A stretch of DNA of 64,000 nt from an uncultured delta proteobacterium (GTDB taxonomy: Bacteria; Desulfobacterota; Binatia; UBA9968): assembly GCA_963745035.1 (NCBI GenBank), contig CAVUVW010000005.1:128001-192000 (forward strand). The letters run 5' to 3'. Below the pieces are notes generated by a model that saw only the letters and a list, made by a program, of their open reading frames with translations, was not told the DNA's origin and ran no database searches. Below, piece after piece: positions 41,210-52,624 of this stretch. The translations under genes were made by a program, and so were the position numbers. Every line of letters starts with the position of its first letter. Positions within the stretch are counted from its first letter, which is position 1.

Positions 41210-42391
41210 ATGCCTGGCGCACTCGACGGAATCAAAATACTCGACATCACCAACTATATCGCGGGACCGTTTGCGACCATGTTGCTCGGCGACTTGGGCG
41301 CGGAGGTGTACAAGATCGAAACGCCCGGATCCGGAGATCCTTTCCGCAGTTGGGACAAGGAGCCCAAAAATTACGCGCCGAGCTTTTGCGCCGTGAATAG
41401 GAACAAGAAAAGCGTGACCCTCGATATGAAGACTGCCGAGGGCAAAGAAATCTTTTTGCGTTTGGCGAAGGACGCCGACGTGATCGTCGAAAATCTTCGG
41501 CCCGGGGTCGTCGGCCGCTTGGGCGTCGGCTACGAAGACATCAAAAAGTTCAATCCCGAGATTATCTACTGCTCGATTTCGGCATTCGGCCAGGAGGGAC
41601 CGTACAGCAAAAAACCGGGCTACGACACGCTCGGGCAATCTTTGAGCGGACTGCTCAGCATTCTTACAGATCTCGATAAGCCGGAGGGACCGGGCGCGTC
41701 GTTCTCGGATCATCTCGCGGGTTTCTACGCCGCCTACGGCATTCTTGGCGCCATCGCGGCGCGCCAGCGCACCGGCAAAGGACAGAAAGTAGAAACGTCG
41801 CTCTTGGAAGCGACGATCAGCTTCATCGGCTTCAGTATCACCCAGTATCTTTTCAGCGGCGACGTGCCCAAGAAGAGCACTCGGTTGAAAACCGCCGGGG
41901 TGTACGCGTTGGTCGCCGGCGACGGCAAACCGTTCGTGATTCATCTGTCGCATCCGCCGAAGTTCTGGATCGGCGTCACGGAAGTGATCGGGCGGCCCGA
42001 TCTGCAAACCGACCCGCGCACCAAAGACCGCCAAGCGCGCGTCAAGCACTTCGACATGATTCACGAGATTCTTTCGAAAGCGGTGCAGACAGCGCCGCGC
42101 GAGCATTGGCTCAAGGCGCTCCAGGAAAAGGACGTGCCGTGCGCGCCGATCAACAATCTCGCGGAGGTCTTCGAAGATCCGCAGGTGCAATTTCTCGATC
42201 GATTGATGACGGTCAACGATCCGGAGTTCGGCACGTTCAAACTGGTGAAGAACGGCGTCGGCTTGAGTGCGACTCCGACGGCGCTAACGCTTCGGCCACC
42301 AAAGCTCGGCGAGCATAATCAGGAAACTTTGCATGCTTTAGGCTATAGCGCGTCGGATATTCAAGAGCTCCGCGCCAAAAACGTCATATGA
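41210..42391 (+). CDS. CaiB/BaiF family (class III) CoA-transferase
   Basis: IAGPFATMLLGDLGAEVYKIE, NRNKKS, ENLRPG, PGYD, PPKLGEHN. Confidence 0.93.
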   Translation: MPGALDGIKILDITNYIAGPFATMLLGDLGAEVYKIETPGSGDPFRSWDKEPKNYAPSFCAVNRNKKSVTLDMKTAEGKEIFLRLAKDADVIVENLRPGVVGRLGVGYEDIKKFNPEIIYCSISAFGQEGPYSKKPGYDTLGQSLSGLLSILTDLDKPEGPGASFSDHLAGFYAAYGILGAIAARQRTGKGQKVETSLLEATISFIGFSITQYLFSGDVPKKSTRLKTAGVYALVAGDGKPFVIHLSHPPKFWIGVTEVIGRPDLQTDPRTKDRQARVKHFDMIHEILSKAVQTAPREHWLKALQEKDVPCAPINNLAEVFEDPQVQFLDRLMTVNDPEFGTFKLVKNGVGLSATPTALTLRPPKLGEHNQETLHALGYSASDIQELRAKNVI

Positions 42392-42448
42392 ATTTCCACT
42401 CGGATCGGCGCGTCACGAGAACGCAAGCGGGCCGCAAAGAGATGTCTC

Positions 42449-42526
42449 ACCGCCGAGACGCGGAGTTCACAGAGATCGGAATGGTTGAAAAAGCCTTTTC
42501 TCAGCGTCCTTTGCGCCCTCTGCGGT
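42449..42526. repeat. CGCAGAG-type inverted short-repeat element
   Basis: ACCGCCGAG ACGCGGAG TTCACAGAG ... CTCAGCG TCCTTTGCG CCCTCTGCGGT forms an imperfect hairpin. Confidence 0.55.
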
Positions 42527-42544
42527 CATCCCTCTTTGATCGTG

Positions 42545-43513
42545 ATGTTTTTCGCGATGGGCGTGATGACCGCGCTGATTCTTGCGGGCGCTGCTTCTGC
42601 GCAAACCAGAAAAGTGCGCGTCGCGGTGCCCGGCTATACGATTGCGGTGCTTTCGTTTCTCGCGGCCAAGATGAACGGCTACTATACGGCGGAAGGATTG
42701 GACGTCGAGTTGATCGCGATGCGCGCGCCGACCGCAAATTTGGCGCTTATCGGCGGTAACGTCGAGTTTTCCGCGGTGCCGCTCGCCGGGCTGACGACCG
42801 CCATGCGGGGCGGCGGCCTGAAACTCATCTTTTGCCAGTTCGACAAACCGCAGCATGCGCTCTATGCCAAGCCCGAGTTTTCCAATATCAAAGCGCTGCG
42901 CGGGAAGAAGATCGCGCGTGTCGGGACTGGGCACCATCGATGATATGTTGCTGCGTGAAACGCTCTCAGCGGAAATGGCCTCGACCCAAGCGAGATGTGA
43001 CGATTCTCGCCATGGGCGCGGCCGATACCCGGTTCAGCGCGCTTATGGCCGGTGCCATCGATGCTTCGGTGCTCATCGCGCCGGTATCGTTTTATGCCCA
43101 GGATCAGGGCTACCGCGAGTTGGTATCTTTTCAGAACATGGGATTTGTCCTGCCAAGCGGCGGGATCGTGGTCCGTGACGAGACCCTCAAAGCCGATGCG
43201 TCGATGACCGAACGATTCGTGCGCGCTACGATCATGGGCTTTGTGTTCATGCGCGACAATCGGCCGGGAACTCTCAAGGTGATGTCCAAAGCGCTTAGAA
43301 TCGACGAAGCCACGGCCGCAAAGCTTTACGATTCCTCGCGTCCGACGCTGACCAGCGATGGAACGCGTCTCTGGAGAGAGTGAAAGAAAGATGACCGCTA
43401 TGGTGGCGAAGATCGCCGCCGTCAAGGAAGTTCCGGCCGCGGATAGGCTCTATGACTTTGCGCTTGTAAAAAAGGCCCACGCCGCGCTGCAAGCGAAAGG
43501 CTGGAAGCCGTAG
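42545..43513 (+). CDS. NitT/TauT-family ABC substrate-binding protein, several frameshifts
   Basis: Signal peptide ASA-Q, AKMNGYYTAEGLDVE, LRGKKI, ALMAGAIDA across shifted frames. Confidence 0.75.
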
Positions 43514-43545
43514 CGCGTCGAGGATTCGAGCATTCGAGGAGCATA

Positions 43546-44379
43546 ATGGCTAGCGCGAAGATCGGAGACATCGAGATCTACTATGAGGAGCACGGACAAG
43601 GCGAGCCGGTGCTGCTCGCGCCGCCGTCGTGGTGGCCGAGCGATACGTGGAAAGTGGGGGTTGTGCCGTTTTTGTCACGGCGTTACCGGACGATCATTTT
43701 TGATTGCCGCGGCACCGGATATAGCAGCAAACCTGATCACGGTTACACGATCAGCCAGTTCGCCAAGGACTGCGCCGGCCTACTCCAGCATTTGAAAATC
43801 TCCCGTTGCCATGCGGCGGGTTTCGCTCTCGGTGGGCAGATCGTTCAGGCGCTCGCCATCGAGCGTCCTGACCTCGTCGCGACGTTGACGATTGCCGCTG
43901 CGGGGGCGGGCATGAAGGCCACGAGCGGCGCGCCGCGCGAGGTGCGCAACACCGACGAAGAAGAGATTCGCGCGCACGGCTTCGAACGCTTCATCCGCAA
44001 TCACATCGAGAACACGCACATGGCGTTCGATCCGAAGTTTTATCAGGCACATCCTGAAGTTGTCCGAGCGCTCTCCGATGCGCTGTGGAAAAGGCAAACG
44101 AGCCCCGAGCAGCATCAATATCACTACGAGGCCCGGCGCACGTGGGACACGCTCGGCAACGCGTCCAAGGTCAAAGTGCCGACGTTGATCCTCTGCGGCG
44201 CCGACGATGACGTCAACCGCGGCGGCAGCACGCCCGTCGGCACGGCGCGCAAACTCGGCGAATTGGTTCCCGGCTGCGAGCTTGCGCTCGTGCCTGGTGT
44301 CAAGCATATGACTTTCTGGGACGGCGACGGCGCACTGATCGCGCTGCAGGAGTTTCTACGGCGCCATCCGATCGCATAA
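43546..44379 (+). CDS. Alpha/beta hydrolase fold protein (Ser replaced in the nucleophile elbow)
   Basis: DCRGTGYS, GFALGG in place of GxSxG, G.DD, KH. Confidence 0.82.
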   Translation: MASAKIGDIEIYYEEHGQGEPVLLAPPSWWPSDTWKVGVVPFLSRRYRTIIFDCRGTGYSSKPDHGYTISQFAKDCAGLLQHLKISRCHAAGFALGGQIVQALAIERPDLVATLTIAAAGAGMKATSGAPREVRNTDEEEIRAHGFERFIRNHIENTHMAFDPKFYQAHPEVVRALSDALWKRQTSPEQHQYHYEARRTWDTLGNASKVKVPTLILCGADDDVNRGGSTPVGTARKLGELVPGCELALVPGVKHMTFWDGDGALIALQEFLRRHPIA

Positions 44380-44421
44380 CGTTCGAACTTACGAGAAATC
44401 TAATGGAGGAGATACCGACCT

Positions 44422-45499
44422 ATGAAACATTCCAGCTATTCGCGATCGTGCTGTCATTGCGGTTCTTATCAGCTGTTTCGTTAGCGGCTCGGGCGTACGC
44501 TCAAGACAAAGGCAAAGGCGGGAGCGAAGGGCGTCACGCAGCTTTACAACGCTGCAAGGAAGGAAGGCAGGGTGGTGATCTGGGGGCCGACGGACGCGGT
44601 TGATCTATCAACGGCATGCAGGAAGCGCTCGATAAAAAATATCCAGGTATCAAGATCGAGTCACTTCGAAAGCATACCGGAGCCGCTCGTGCAGCGGATC
44701 ATCGCTGAGAGCCAGGCCGGTAAGCCCGCGGCCGTCGACGTTATCCAGTCCGGGTCGTTGCGCGCGCTCAGGCCTCTGATCGATCGCGATATGCTGGCGA
44801 CCGTTCCCGGCTGGGAAAAGGAGTTCGGTCTCGACGCCGTCTATGCCAACCAGCGCTTCGTCGGCGGCTATAATCTTGACCTTGCCGATCGCCTACAACA
44901 CCAAGGCGGTGAGCGCACAGGACGCACCCAAGAGCTGGGAAGATCTCGCGGATCCGAAATGGAAAGGGCAGGAAAATTATCATCGAGGCCAGGCTGGTTC
45001 CCTTCGCCATGCTCGGCACGGAATGGGGCAAGGGCAAGGCGCTCGAACTGGTCAAAAGAATACTTTCGCAGCAGCAACCGCTCATCGTCCAGGGTGGCAC
45101 CACGGTCGCCAACGCGCTCGCCGGCGGGCAGGTTTCGATCGCCGTCGGCACTTACGCTTACACCATCGAGCGGTTGAAAAAGCAGGGCGCCGCGGTGGAC
45201 TGGGTTCCGGTGTCGCCTCTGCCGGTGCTGACATTCGGCGAATGGGAGTGCTCAAAACCGCGGCCCATCCCAACGCCGCGCGATTTTTTGCCGGTTGGTT
45301 CGGCACGGCGGAGGGACAAAACGTTCGATACAGCGACCACCGGGCAAGCCATCGAGGTCGGCAAAAACGGCATCGGCAACGGTGGCGGAAAGAATTCGGA
45401 GCGGCAAGCCCGCGATCATCTTGGAGACGGAGAAAAACTTCGCGTCCCATTTTGGAGATTCAGCGCGAGCTGGGCAAAATGCTCGGCGCGCTGCGGTAG
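44422..45499 (+). CDS. Fe3+/thiamine-type ABC substrate-binding protein, multiple frameshifts
   Basis: KEG.VVIWG, IAYNT, PKSWEDLADPKWKG, AAHPNAARFF spread over three frames. Lies upstream of a permease gene. Confidence 0.7.
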
Positions 45500-45550
45500 A
45501 ATGACGGGTTGAATCAGAAACCAATCGTCAAAGCCGGGAGACGAGAGACT

Positions 45551-45655
45551 TCATCCTGAGCGGGAGCGAAGGATCTGTTTGTGTTCGTCACTGCACTCCT
45601 GGATTGCCGCGCATGATGCAAACAGATTCTTCGTCGCTTGCGTTTCTCAGCACGA
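45551..45655. repeat. TCATCCTGAGC...GAAGGATCT-type REP doublet
   Basis: CGAAGGATCTGTTTG pairs with CAAACAGATTCTTCG, with flanking CTGAG/CTCAG. Confidence 0.6.
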
Positions 45656-45709
45656 TGGTAATTGTGGTCGCGCAAATGATCCTGTGGTCTTAATGAGTGA
45701 ATCTCAACC

Positions 45710-47485
45710 ATGAGTGTAGCGCAACCCACTGTTGGTAGTAGCGCGCAGCGGCGGACGTGGCCATGGATGCGGTTGTCCGTTCGTTCCATCGCCTTCGGCT
45801 CAACTCTCGCTGTGATTTCCTATCTCGTGCTCGTTCCGCTGGTGATGCTTCTCTACGCCAGCATCAAGAGCACCGAAGACAAGCTGCCCTTCGAGGCGAC
45901 CGGCGTGACGCTGGGCAATTACATCACAGTGTTTACCAATCCCGCGACGCTGCCGATATTCGTCAATACCCTTCTATTCACCGCAGGCTCGCTCGCCGTC
46001 GGTCTGCCGCTGGCGGTGCTCATGGCGTGGCTCCTGGAGCGGACGGCGATTCCGGCGCGCCGCTGGATCGCTTTGCTCATTCTGGTACCCATGACGACGC
46101 CGTCGCTGTTATCGGCTATAGCCTGGATTCAGCTTCTCGATCCGCGCATCGGTCTCATCAACGTCGTGTTGCGCAGCGTGTTCGGTTGGTCCGGCGACAC
46201 CGGGCCGTTCGATATCTATACGCTCTACGGCATGTGTTTCGTGCAGGGCTTGCGGCTGGTGCCGTCGGCTTTTCTAATGATTGCGGCATCGTTTCGCTCC
46301 ATGGACCCTTCTTTGGAAGAACAAAGCGCCATGGCCGGGCGGGGCGTCGCCCAGACGACTTTCCGCATCACCCTGCCAATCATGCGCCCGGCGCTGCTCG
46401 CTATGTTCATCTATTACATGATCGTCGTTATCGAAGCCTTCGACATTCCCGGGCTGTTGGGATTCACCGCCAGGATCCGAGTGCTCAGTACGGCGATTTA
46501 CTGGGCGACCCACTCCGAAGTCGGACTGCCTGACTACGGTCTCGCTTCCGCTCTCGGCGCGCTAGTGCTCGGCGTGGCGTTGCTGCTCATGTGGTTCTAT
46601 CAGCATTTGACCGCGCACCAGGAGAGGTTCACGACGATCACCGGCAAGGGATACCGTCCGCGGCAGATCAATCTCGGCGCCTGGACGGCGCCCGCCACGG
46701 CGCTTTGTCTTGCCTATGTGGCGCTGGCGGTCGTGTTGCCGTTCTTGATGCTGCTCTGGACGAGCTTGCAGCCGTTCTACGCCGTGCCGTCGGCGGACTC
46801 TTTCGCGCGAATGAGTTTCGACGGGTACTTCAAGATCTGGCACGAGAGCACGGTGATGCGCGCGCTATGGAACACCTTGGTGCTGGCGCTGGTGACTTCG
46901 GCCGCGACGATCTTGCTGGCGCTGATGGTAAGCTGGTTTGTCGTACGGCGCGGGCGCGCGGCCGACGGCTTGTCGCATTACCTTGCGACGGTTTCATTTC
47001 TGCCCCAGTGCGTTCCGAGCATCGTCATCGGCTTGGCGTTCATTTTTGTGTACGTGCGCTTTCCGCTGCCGCTCTACGGGACTTTGTGGATCATCGCTCT
47101 GGCGATGACGACCCGCTACCTGGCCTACAGTTCGCGCACCATGACCTCGGCGTTGATGCAAGTGCACGGCGAGCTGGAGGAGGCTTCGCAGATGTCGCGC
47201 GCATCGTGGGCGCGCACCTTGAGGAAAATCACCATGCCGCTATTGGCGCCGGCCATGATCAACGTGTTTTTCTGGGTCGCGGTGCATGCCATGCAGGAGC
47301 TGTCGATGGCGCTGATGCTCTACAATCCGGAGACCGTGGTGGTCTCGACGATGATCTGGAGCATGTGGCAAAACGGTCGCACGGCGGACGCAGCGGCGCT
47401 AGGCGTGATTTTGATTGTGTTGTCCGCAGTATTTCTTCTCGGCGGCCACCTGTTCGCGTATCTGCGCCGGGATGTCAATTCCTAG
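45710..47485 (+). CDS. Fe3+-type ABC transporter permease (FbpB/ThiP-like)
   Basis: Two EAA-like loops (MDPSLEEQS, HGELEEAS), about 12 TM segments, TITGKGYRP. Confidence 0.92.
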   Translation: MSVAQPTVGSSAQRRTWPWMRLSVRSIAFGSTLAVISYLVLVPLVMLLYASIKSTEDKLPFEATGVTLGNYITVFTNPATLPIFVNTLLFTAGSLAVGLPLAVLMAWLLERTAIPARRWIALLILVPMTTPSLLSAIAWIQLLDPRIGLINVVLRSVFGWSGDTGPFDIYTLYGMCFVQGLRLVPSAFLMIAASFRSMDPSLEEQSAMAGRGVAQTTFRITLPIMRPALLAMFIYYMIVVIEAFDIPGLLGFTARIRVLSTAIYWATHSEVGLPDYGLASALGALVLGVALLLMWFYQHLTAHQERFTTITGKGYRPRQINLGAWTAPATALCLAYVALAVVLPFLMLLWTSLQPFYAVPSADSFARMSFDGYFKIWHESTVMRALWNTLVLALVTSAATILLALMVSWFVVRRGRAADGLSHYLATVSFLPQCVPSIVIGLAFIFVYVRFPLPLYGTLWIIALAMTTRYLAYSSRTMTSALMQVHGELEEASQMSRASWARTLRKITMPLLAPAMINVFFWVAVHAMQELSMALMLYNPETVVVSTMIWSMWQNGRTADAAALGVILIVLSAVFLLGGHLFAYLRRDVNS

Positions 47486-47512
47486 AAAGCTGATTCGGAC
47501 ACATCCTGCTCG

Positions 47513-48605
47513 ATGATCCACGTCAAAGATCTGCAGAAATCGTTCGCCGGCGCAAGGGGCGAAGTGCGCGCGCTGCGCGGCGTGTCTTTCGAAGTCGGCA
47601 AAGGCGAGCTGTTTACCTTGCTCGGTCCTAGCGGTTGCGGCAAGACGACGACCTTGCGCTGCATCGCCGGCTTGGAGCAGCCGCTGGCGGGAGAAATTCT
47701 GATCGACGGCCATCCGGTTTTCAGCGCTGCGAGCGGCGATGTTCATTCCGCCGGAGCGGCGCAACATCGGCATGGTGTTTCAATCCTACGCCATCTGGCC
47801 GCACATGACGGTCTTTCAAAACGTCGCCTATCCGCTTGCGAGAGAAGCGAGCCGGGCGGAGATCGACGAGCGGGTCGCGCGGATTCTCGACCGGTTGAGT
47901 CTGGGTCCGCTGTCGGATCGGTTAGCGCCGAACCTGAGCGGCGGCCAGCAGCAGCGGGTCGCATTGGCGCGTGCCTTGGTCGCGCAGCCGCAGGTGCTGC
48001 TCTTGGACGAGCCGCTCAGCAACCTCGACGCCAAGCTGCGCGAGCAGATGCGTTTCGAATTGAAGGCGCTGCAGGAGTCCTTCGGCATCACGACGGTGTA
48101 TGTGACCCACGATCAGGAAGAGGCTCTGGCGTTGTCGGATCGCATCGGGCTTATGCACGAGGGCGCCCTGGTTGAAGTCGGTTCGCCGGCGGATCTCTAT
48201 TTGCGACCGGCGCATCGGGTGACGGCTGATTTTTTGGGCACGTCGAATTTCATTCATGCCGAGGTCGAACGCAACGGCAGCCAGCCGTGGGATGAAATGC
48301 TGGTGGCAACGCCGATCGGTGCGTTCGCCGCCCAGCGCAGCGCCGAATGGCAGCCAGGGATGGGCGCGCAGCTATTTTTCCGACCGGAGTCGGTGGAAAT
48401 CTTCGAGGAAAAAACGCATGCCGGCGGCAATTCCACATCTGGCGTCGTCGAGCGCGTGACGTTTCTCGGCAACTCGGCGGACGTGATCCTGCGCTGCAAC
48501 AACCTCAGGCTCCGGGCGCGCATGCATCCCACGCGCACGCCGACCGTCGGGACAACCATCCATTTTTACGTGCAGCCGAGGTCGTGCATCGTCTTTCCTA
48601 GGTAA
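47513..48605 (+). CDS. ABC transporter ATP-binding protein (PotA/FbpC-like), frameshift near 47738
   Basis: GPSGCGKTT, LSGGQQQR, LLLDEP, VTHDQ, TOBE tail. Confidence 0.92.
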
Positions 48606-48709
48606 ATCACCGCAGATCAAAACAGTTCAGTTGAAAAAATTTAGCGTTCTTGACAGAGTTGGGCCGGCTCGCCAGGCCGCATCCATATAGCGCTTTAGAA
48701 GGGACATTT

Positions 48710-50463
48710 ATGGCAGAGAAATCCAACCGCACGATTCCGGTTTCCAGCGGCGCCGAGGCGTTTCTGGCGCAGATGAAAGAGCTGGGCTCGGTGCGCTACA
48801 TGTTCGCCAACACCGGCACCGATCACGGCCCGCTGATCGAAGCGATGGCGAAAACCGCGAAGGAAGATCCGCGCGATATTCAACCGATCGTCGTGCCGCA
48901 CGAGCAGGCGGCCGTGTCCATGGCGCACGGCTACTATAACGTAACGCAAAAGCCGCAGATGGTGTTGGTTCATACGCTTGCCAGGGACGGCCAATGCGCT
49001 AGGCGGCGTCATCAATGCTGCGTCCTGCAACGTGCCGCTGTTCCTCGTCGCCGGTCGGACGCCGATCACCGAGGGCGAACTGCGCGCCGGGAAGAGCCAG
49101 AACATTCACTGGCGCCAGGAGTCGCGCGATCAGGGCAATATCGTCCGCGAGTTCGTCAAATGGGATTATGAGATTCGCACCAATCAAAATCTCGCTGCGG
49201 TGGTTTCGCGCGCCTACAAGATCAGCATGAGCGAGCCGCGCGGACCGGTTTACATGACCTTGCCGCGGGAGTGGCTCTTCGAAGCGATGGAGTCAACGCA
49301 ATTGTTGTCGCCCGAATCTCTGTCGCCGGCGAGCAAGATGCAGGCGGATCAAGCTTCGTTGGAGAAAGCGGCCGACTGGCTGATCGCCTCTGAGAGCCCA
49401 TTGATCGTCACCAAATATCTCGGGCGCAATCCGGAGGCGGTGCAGTATCTCATCGAGCTGGCCGAATTGCTCGCCATTCCCGTGGTGCAGCAACTGAGCT
49501 ACGTGAATTTTCCGACGGATCATCCGCTCAATCTCGGAACGCAAACGACCAAGTACGTGCGCGGCTCCGATGTGCTGTTTTTCATCGACACCGACGTGCC
49601 GTGGGAGCCGCCCAACCGCAACGTGCTGCGCGACGGACGTGAAGATCATTCACCTGGAACGCGATCCGATGTTCACCGGAATTCCCGGCTGGGGTTTTCC
49701 CGCCGATCTGCCGGTGACCGGTTGCTCGGAAGTGTCGCTGCCGGTTCTGACCGGGATCATCAGAGCGAAGCTAGCATCCGGCGCCGTGGTCAATACCAAG
49801 ATCGAAGAGCGGCGCAAGAAAACCGAGGCGGAGCATAACGAAATGATCCGCGAGATGGACGCGAACATCGCCGCCGTGAAGAACCAAAAGCCGATCAATC
49901 CGGTCTGGTTATCTCACTGCATCGGCGACGCCATGGACGACAAGACGATCATCGCCAACGAAACCGTTACTTCAAGGCTCGCCGAAAGCATCCATCTGAA
50001 TCGTCCCGGCTCGATGTTCAACACGCCGCTGGCGGGTCATCTGGGCTGGGGGCTGGGCGCGGCCATCGGCATGAAGCTCGGCGCGCCGGAGGCGACGGTG
50101 ATCGCGGCCGAAGGCGACGGCTCCTACATGTTTTGCGCGCCGACGGCCTGTCACTTCACGGCGCAGAAATATCGGATTCCGTTTTTGACGGTCATCTACA
50201 ACAATCAAGTCTGGAACGCGAGTCTCAACGCCGCGCGCGGTTTGTATCCCGAAGGCGTGGCGGCGCGCACGCGCAACTTTCCAGGAACGGACCTGAGTCC
50301 GTCGCCAAGTTTCGAACTTACCGCGCAGGCTTGCGGAGCTTATGCCGCCCGTGTCGAAGAGCCGGGCGAGTTGCCCGATGCGATCGCCAAAGCGCTCAAA
50401 GTCGTCAAGGAAGAGGGGCGGCAGGCGCTGCTGAACGTGGTGTGCAAGAATCCGCTGGCGTAG
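48710..50463 (+). CDS. Thiamine pyrophosphate-requiring enzyme (acetolactate synthase/benzoylformate decarboxylase-like), 2 frameshifts
   Basis: FANTGTD, PHEQAA, PRGPVY, GDGSYMF...YNN. Confidence 0.88.
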
Positions 50464-50470
50464 ACAGAAT

Positions 50471-50503
50471 TGGAGTGATGGATGTGGAGCAATGGCGTGA
50501 TGG
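50471..50503. repeat. 8-bp TGGAGTRR tandem array
   Basis: TGGAGTGA TGGATG TGGAGCAA TGGCGTGA TGG. Confidence 0.55.
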
Positions 50504-50743
50504 GCGATGAGCAGGGATCGGATTTCCGCAAAGAAAGTAGCGTAGCGCGCTAAATCCAAAGCGGCAAGGTGATCTCAGCGCAAGAGGCTCGAAGGTTGCA
50601 AAGGAAATCTGCATGTCATTTTGAATGATGAAGATGTTTTTCTCGGCTCGTATCTGTTCGAGACGTCTGCCGGGCGTGTCGCTTAACGTCTCGATCCAGG
50701 CGCGAGAAGAATGCTTGTCTAAAATACGAAAGGAGAATTTGTC

Positions 50744-52534
50744 ATGGCTGATGCAATTTCACACGATGCGCGATGGAGCGAATATCCGGGTGAGGATTGG
50801 TCGGATGCGTTGGTGCAGTCGATGAAGCTTGGCGGCATCGATCATCTGTTTTTTGTCTCCGGTTCGGAAATCGCTTTTTGGCAGGAGAGCATCGCAAAGG
50901 CGAATGAGCGCGGCTGGCCGGCGCCGAAACTTATAACCGTAACCCACGAAGCTGTTGCATTGAATGCCGCGCTCGGCACGGCGATGGTGCGCAATCAACC
51001 CGCCGCTACGGCAGTGCACGTAGATGTCGGCACGCTTAATTACGGTGGCGCGATTCACACGGCATGGCGCGGGAACTATCCCGTGCTGATCACCGCGGGC
51101 ACGGGGCCGCGCGCTTATCCCGGCTCCATGACCGGCGCGCGCAACAGTCCCGTCCAGTGGGTGCAGGAGCCGCGCGATCAGGGCGGCATCGTCCGGCAGT
51201 ACACCAAAGTCGATCATCGTCTGGAGCACCAGGATAATCCCGGCATGATGATCAGCCGGCTCTTGCAAATCGCCATGAGCGAGCCCAAAGGTCCGGCGTA
51301 TCTCACCGTGCCGCGGGAGACCGCGATGTTGAAGCTTCCGGGCAAGACGTACTTCCCGACGCGCGACGAGCTCGGGATCGCGCGGCCCGTTTGGCCGGAT
51401 CCCTCAGATGCTCGGCGCGCCGCACAGTGGCTCATCGAAGCAGCGCAATCCGGGTATCTACTCGGCGACCGCGGGCCGCAATCCCGAAGCAGTCGCGGAA
51501 GTGCTGCGCCTTGCCGAACTGCTTGCTTTGCCGGTGCTCGACATGGACCGTTTGAACCGGCTGAATTTCCCGACCACGCATGCGCTTTACGGCACCGGGC
51601 CGGAGCCTAAGGATGCGGACGCCTTGCTCATGCTCGAACCGCTGGTGCCGTACATCACGCCGGCCGCGGCGCCGAAGGCGGGCAGCAAAACCATTTGGGT
51701 GGATAGCGATCCGGTTTTGACCAGCGTACAAGACGATGGAGTTTCAGGCCGATCTCTGGCTGCCGGTGACCGTGGCGGCCGCGGCGCGGGCGATCTGCGA
51801 CGCGGCGGAAGCGATTGCTTTCAAAAAGCGACATGAGCCGCATCGCCGAACGGCGTGAGCGCTTGGAAGCGCGCAAGCGCGAGCTGGCCGCGGAAAAGCG
51901 AAAGACTCGGCCAGGAGGCGGGACGGCGCCGGCCGATGCATCCGCGCTGGGTCGGCTATCAGCTCGGAAAAATTCTCGAGCCGAGCGCCATCGTTCTCGA
52001 CGACGCCATCAGCAATTCGGATTACGTTTGCGCGTATCACAATCGATCGCAAGCCGGAACTTATTTCGCCAGCGGCGGCTCTTCGGGCGGCTGGGGCGCG
52101 GGCGCGGCTTTCGGCGCTAAGCTAGCGGCGCCTGACCAGCGACGTCGTTCTCGCCACCGGCGACGGCTATTTCATGTTCGGCACGCCGCTGCCGGCGCTG
52201 TGGTCGGCGGAGCATTACAAGGCGCCGTTCTTGACCGTGGTGTTCGTCAACCGTTCCTACACCACCGGCACGAATGGCCTTAAACGGACCTATCCCAGCG
52301 GCGTCGCCGTGCGCACGGAGAACTACGAAGGCGGCGTTTTCGATCCGCCGCCGGATTTTGCCAAGCTCGCGGAAGCGGGCAATTGCTTTCGGCCAGACCG
52401 TGCGCGAGCCCGAAGAAGTCGCTCCGGCTCTCAAGCGAGGTTTGGAGCAAGTGCGCAAAGGCACGCCAGCAGTGATCGCGGCGTATTTGCCGACGCTCGT
52501 CGAGGAGATGAGTTTTGCGCAACGGAAAATATAA
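50744..52534 (+). CDS. Second TPP-requiring enzyme paralog, about 6 frameshifts
   Basis: THEAVA, PRDQG, PKGPAY, GGWGAGAAFGAK, GDGYFMF...VN, PDFAKLAEA. Confidence 0.82.
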
Positions 52535-52545
52535 GACTCGCCGGA

Positions 52546-52610
52546 GTTCAAAAAGTTCAAGACGTTCAAATCCGTTGTTAGGAAATTCGAGACTCAAGAC
52601 TGGAAACAAG
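52546..52610. repeat. Composite of a 9-bp GTTCAA array followed by a 7-bp ARAC array
   Basis: GTTC at 52546/52555/52564, then AAATTCG AGACTCA AGACTGG AAACAAG at 52583-52610. Confidence 0.65.
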
Positions 52611-52624
52611 CGGACGGGAACATT

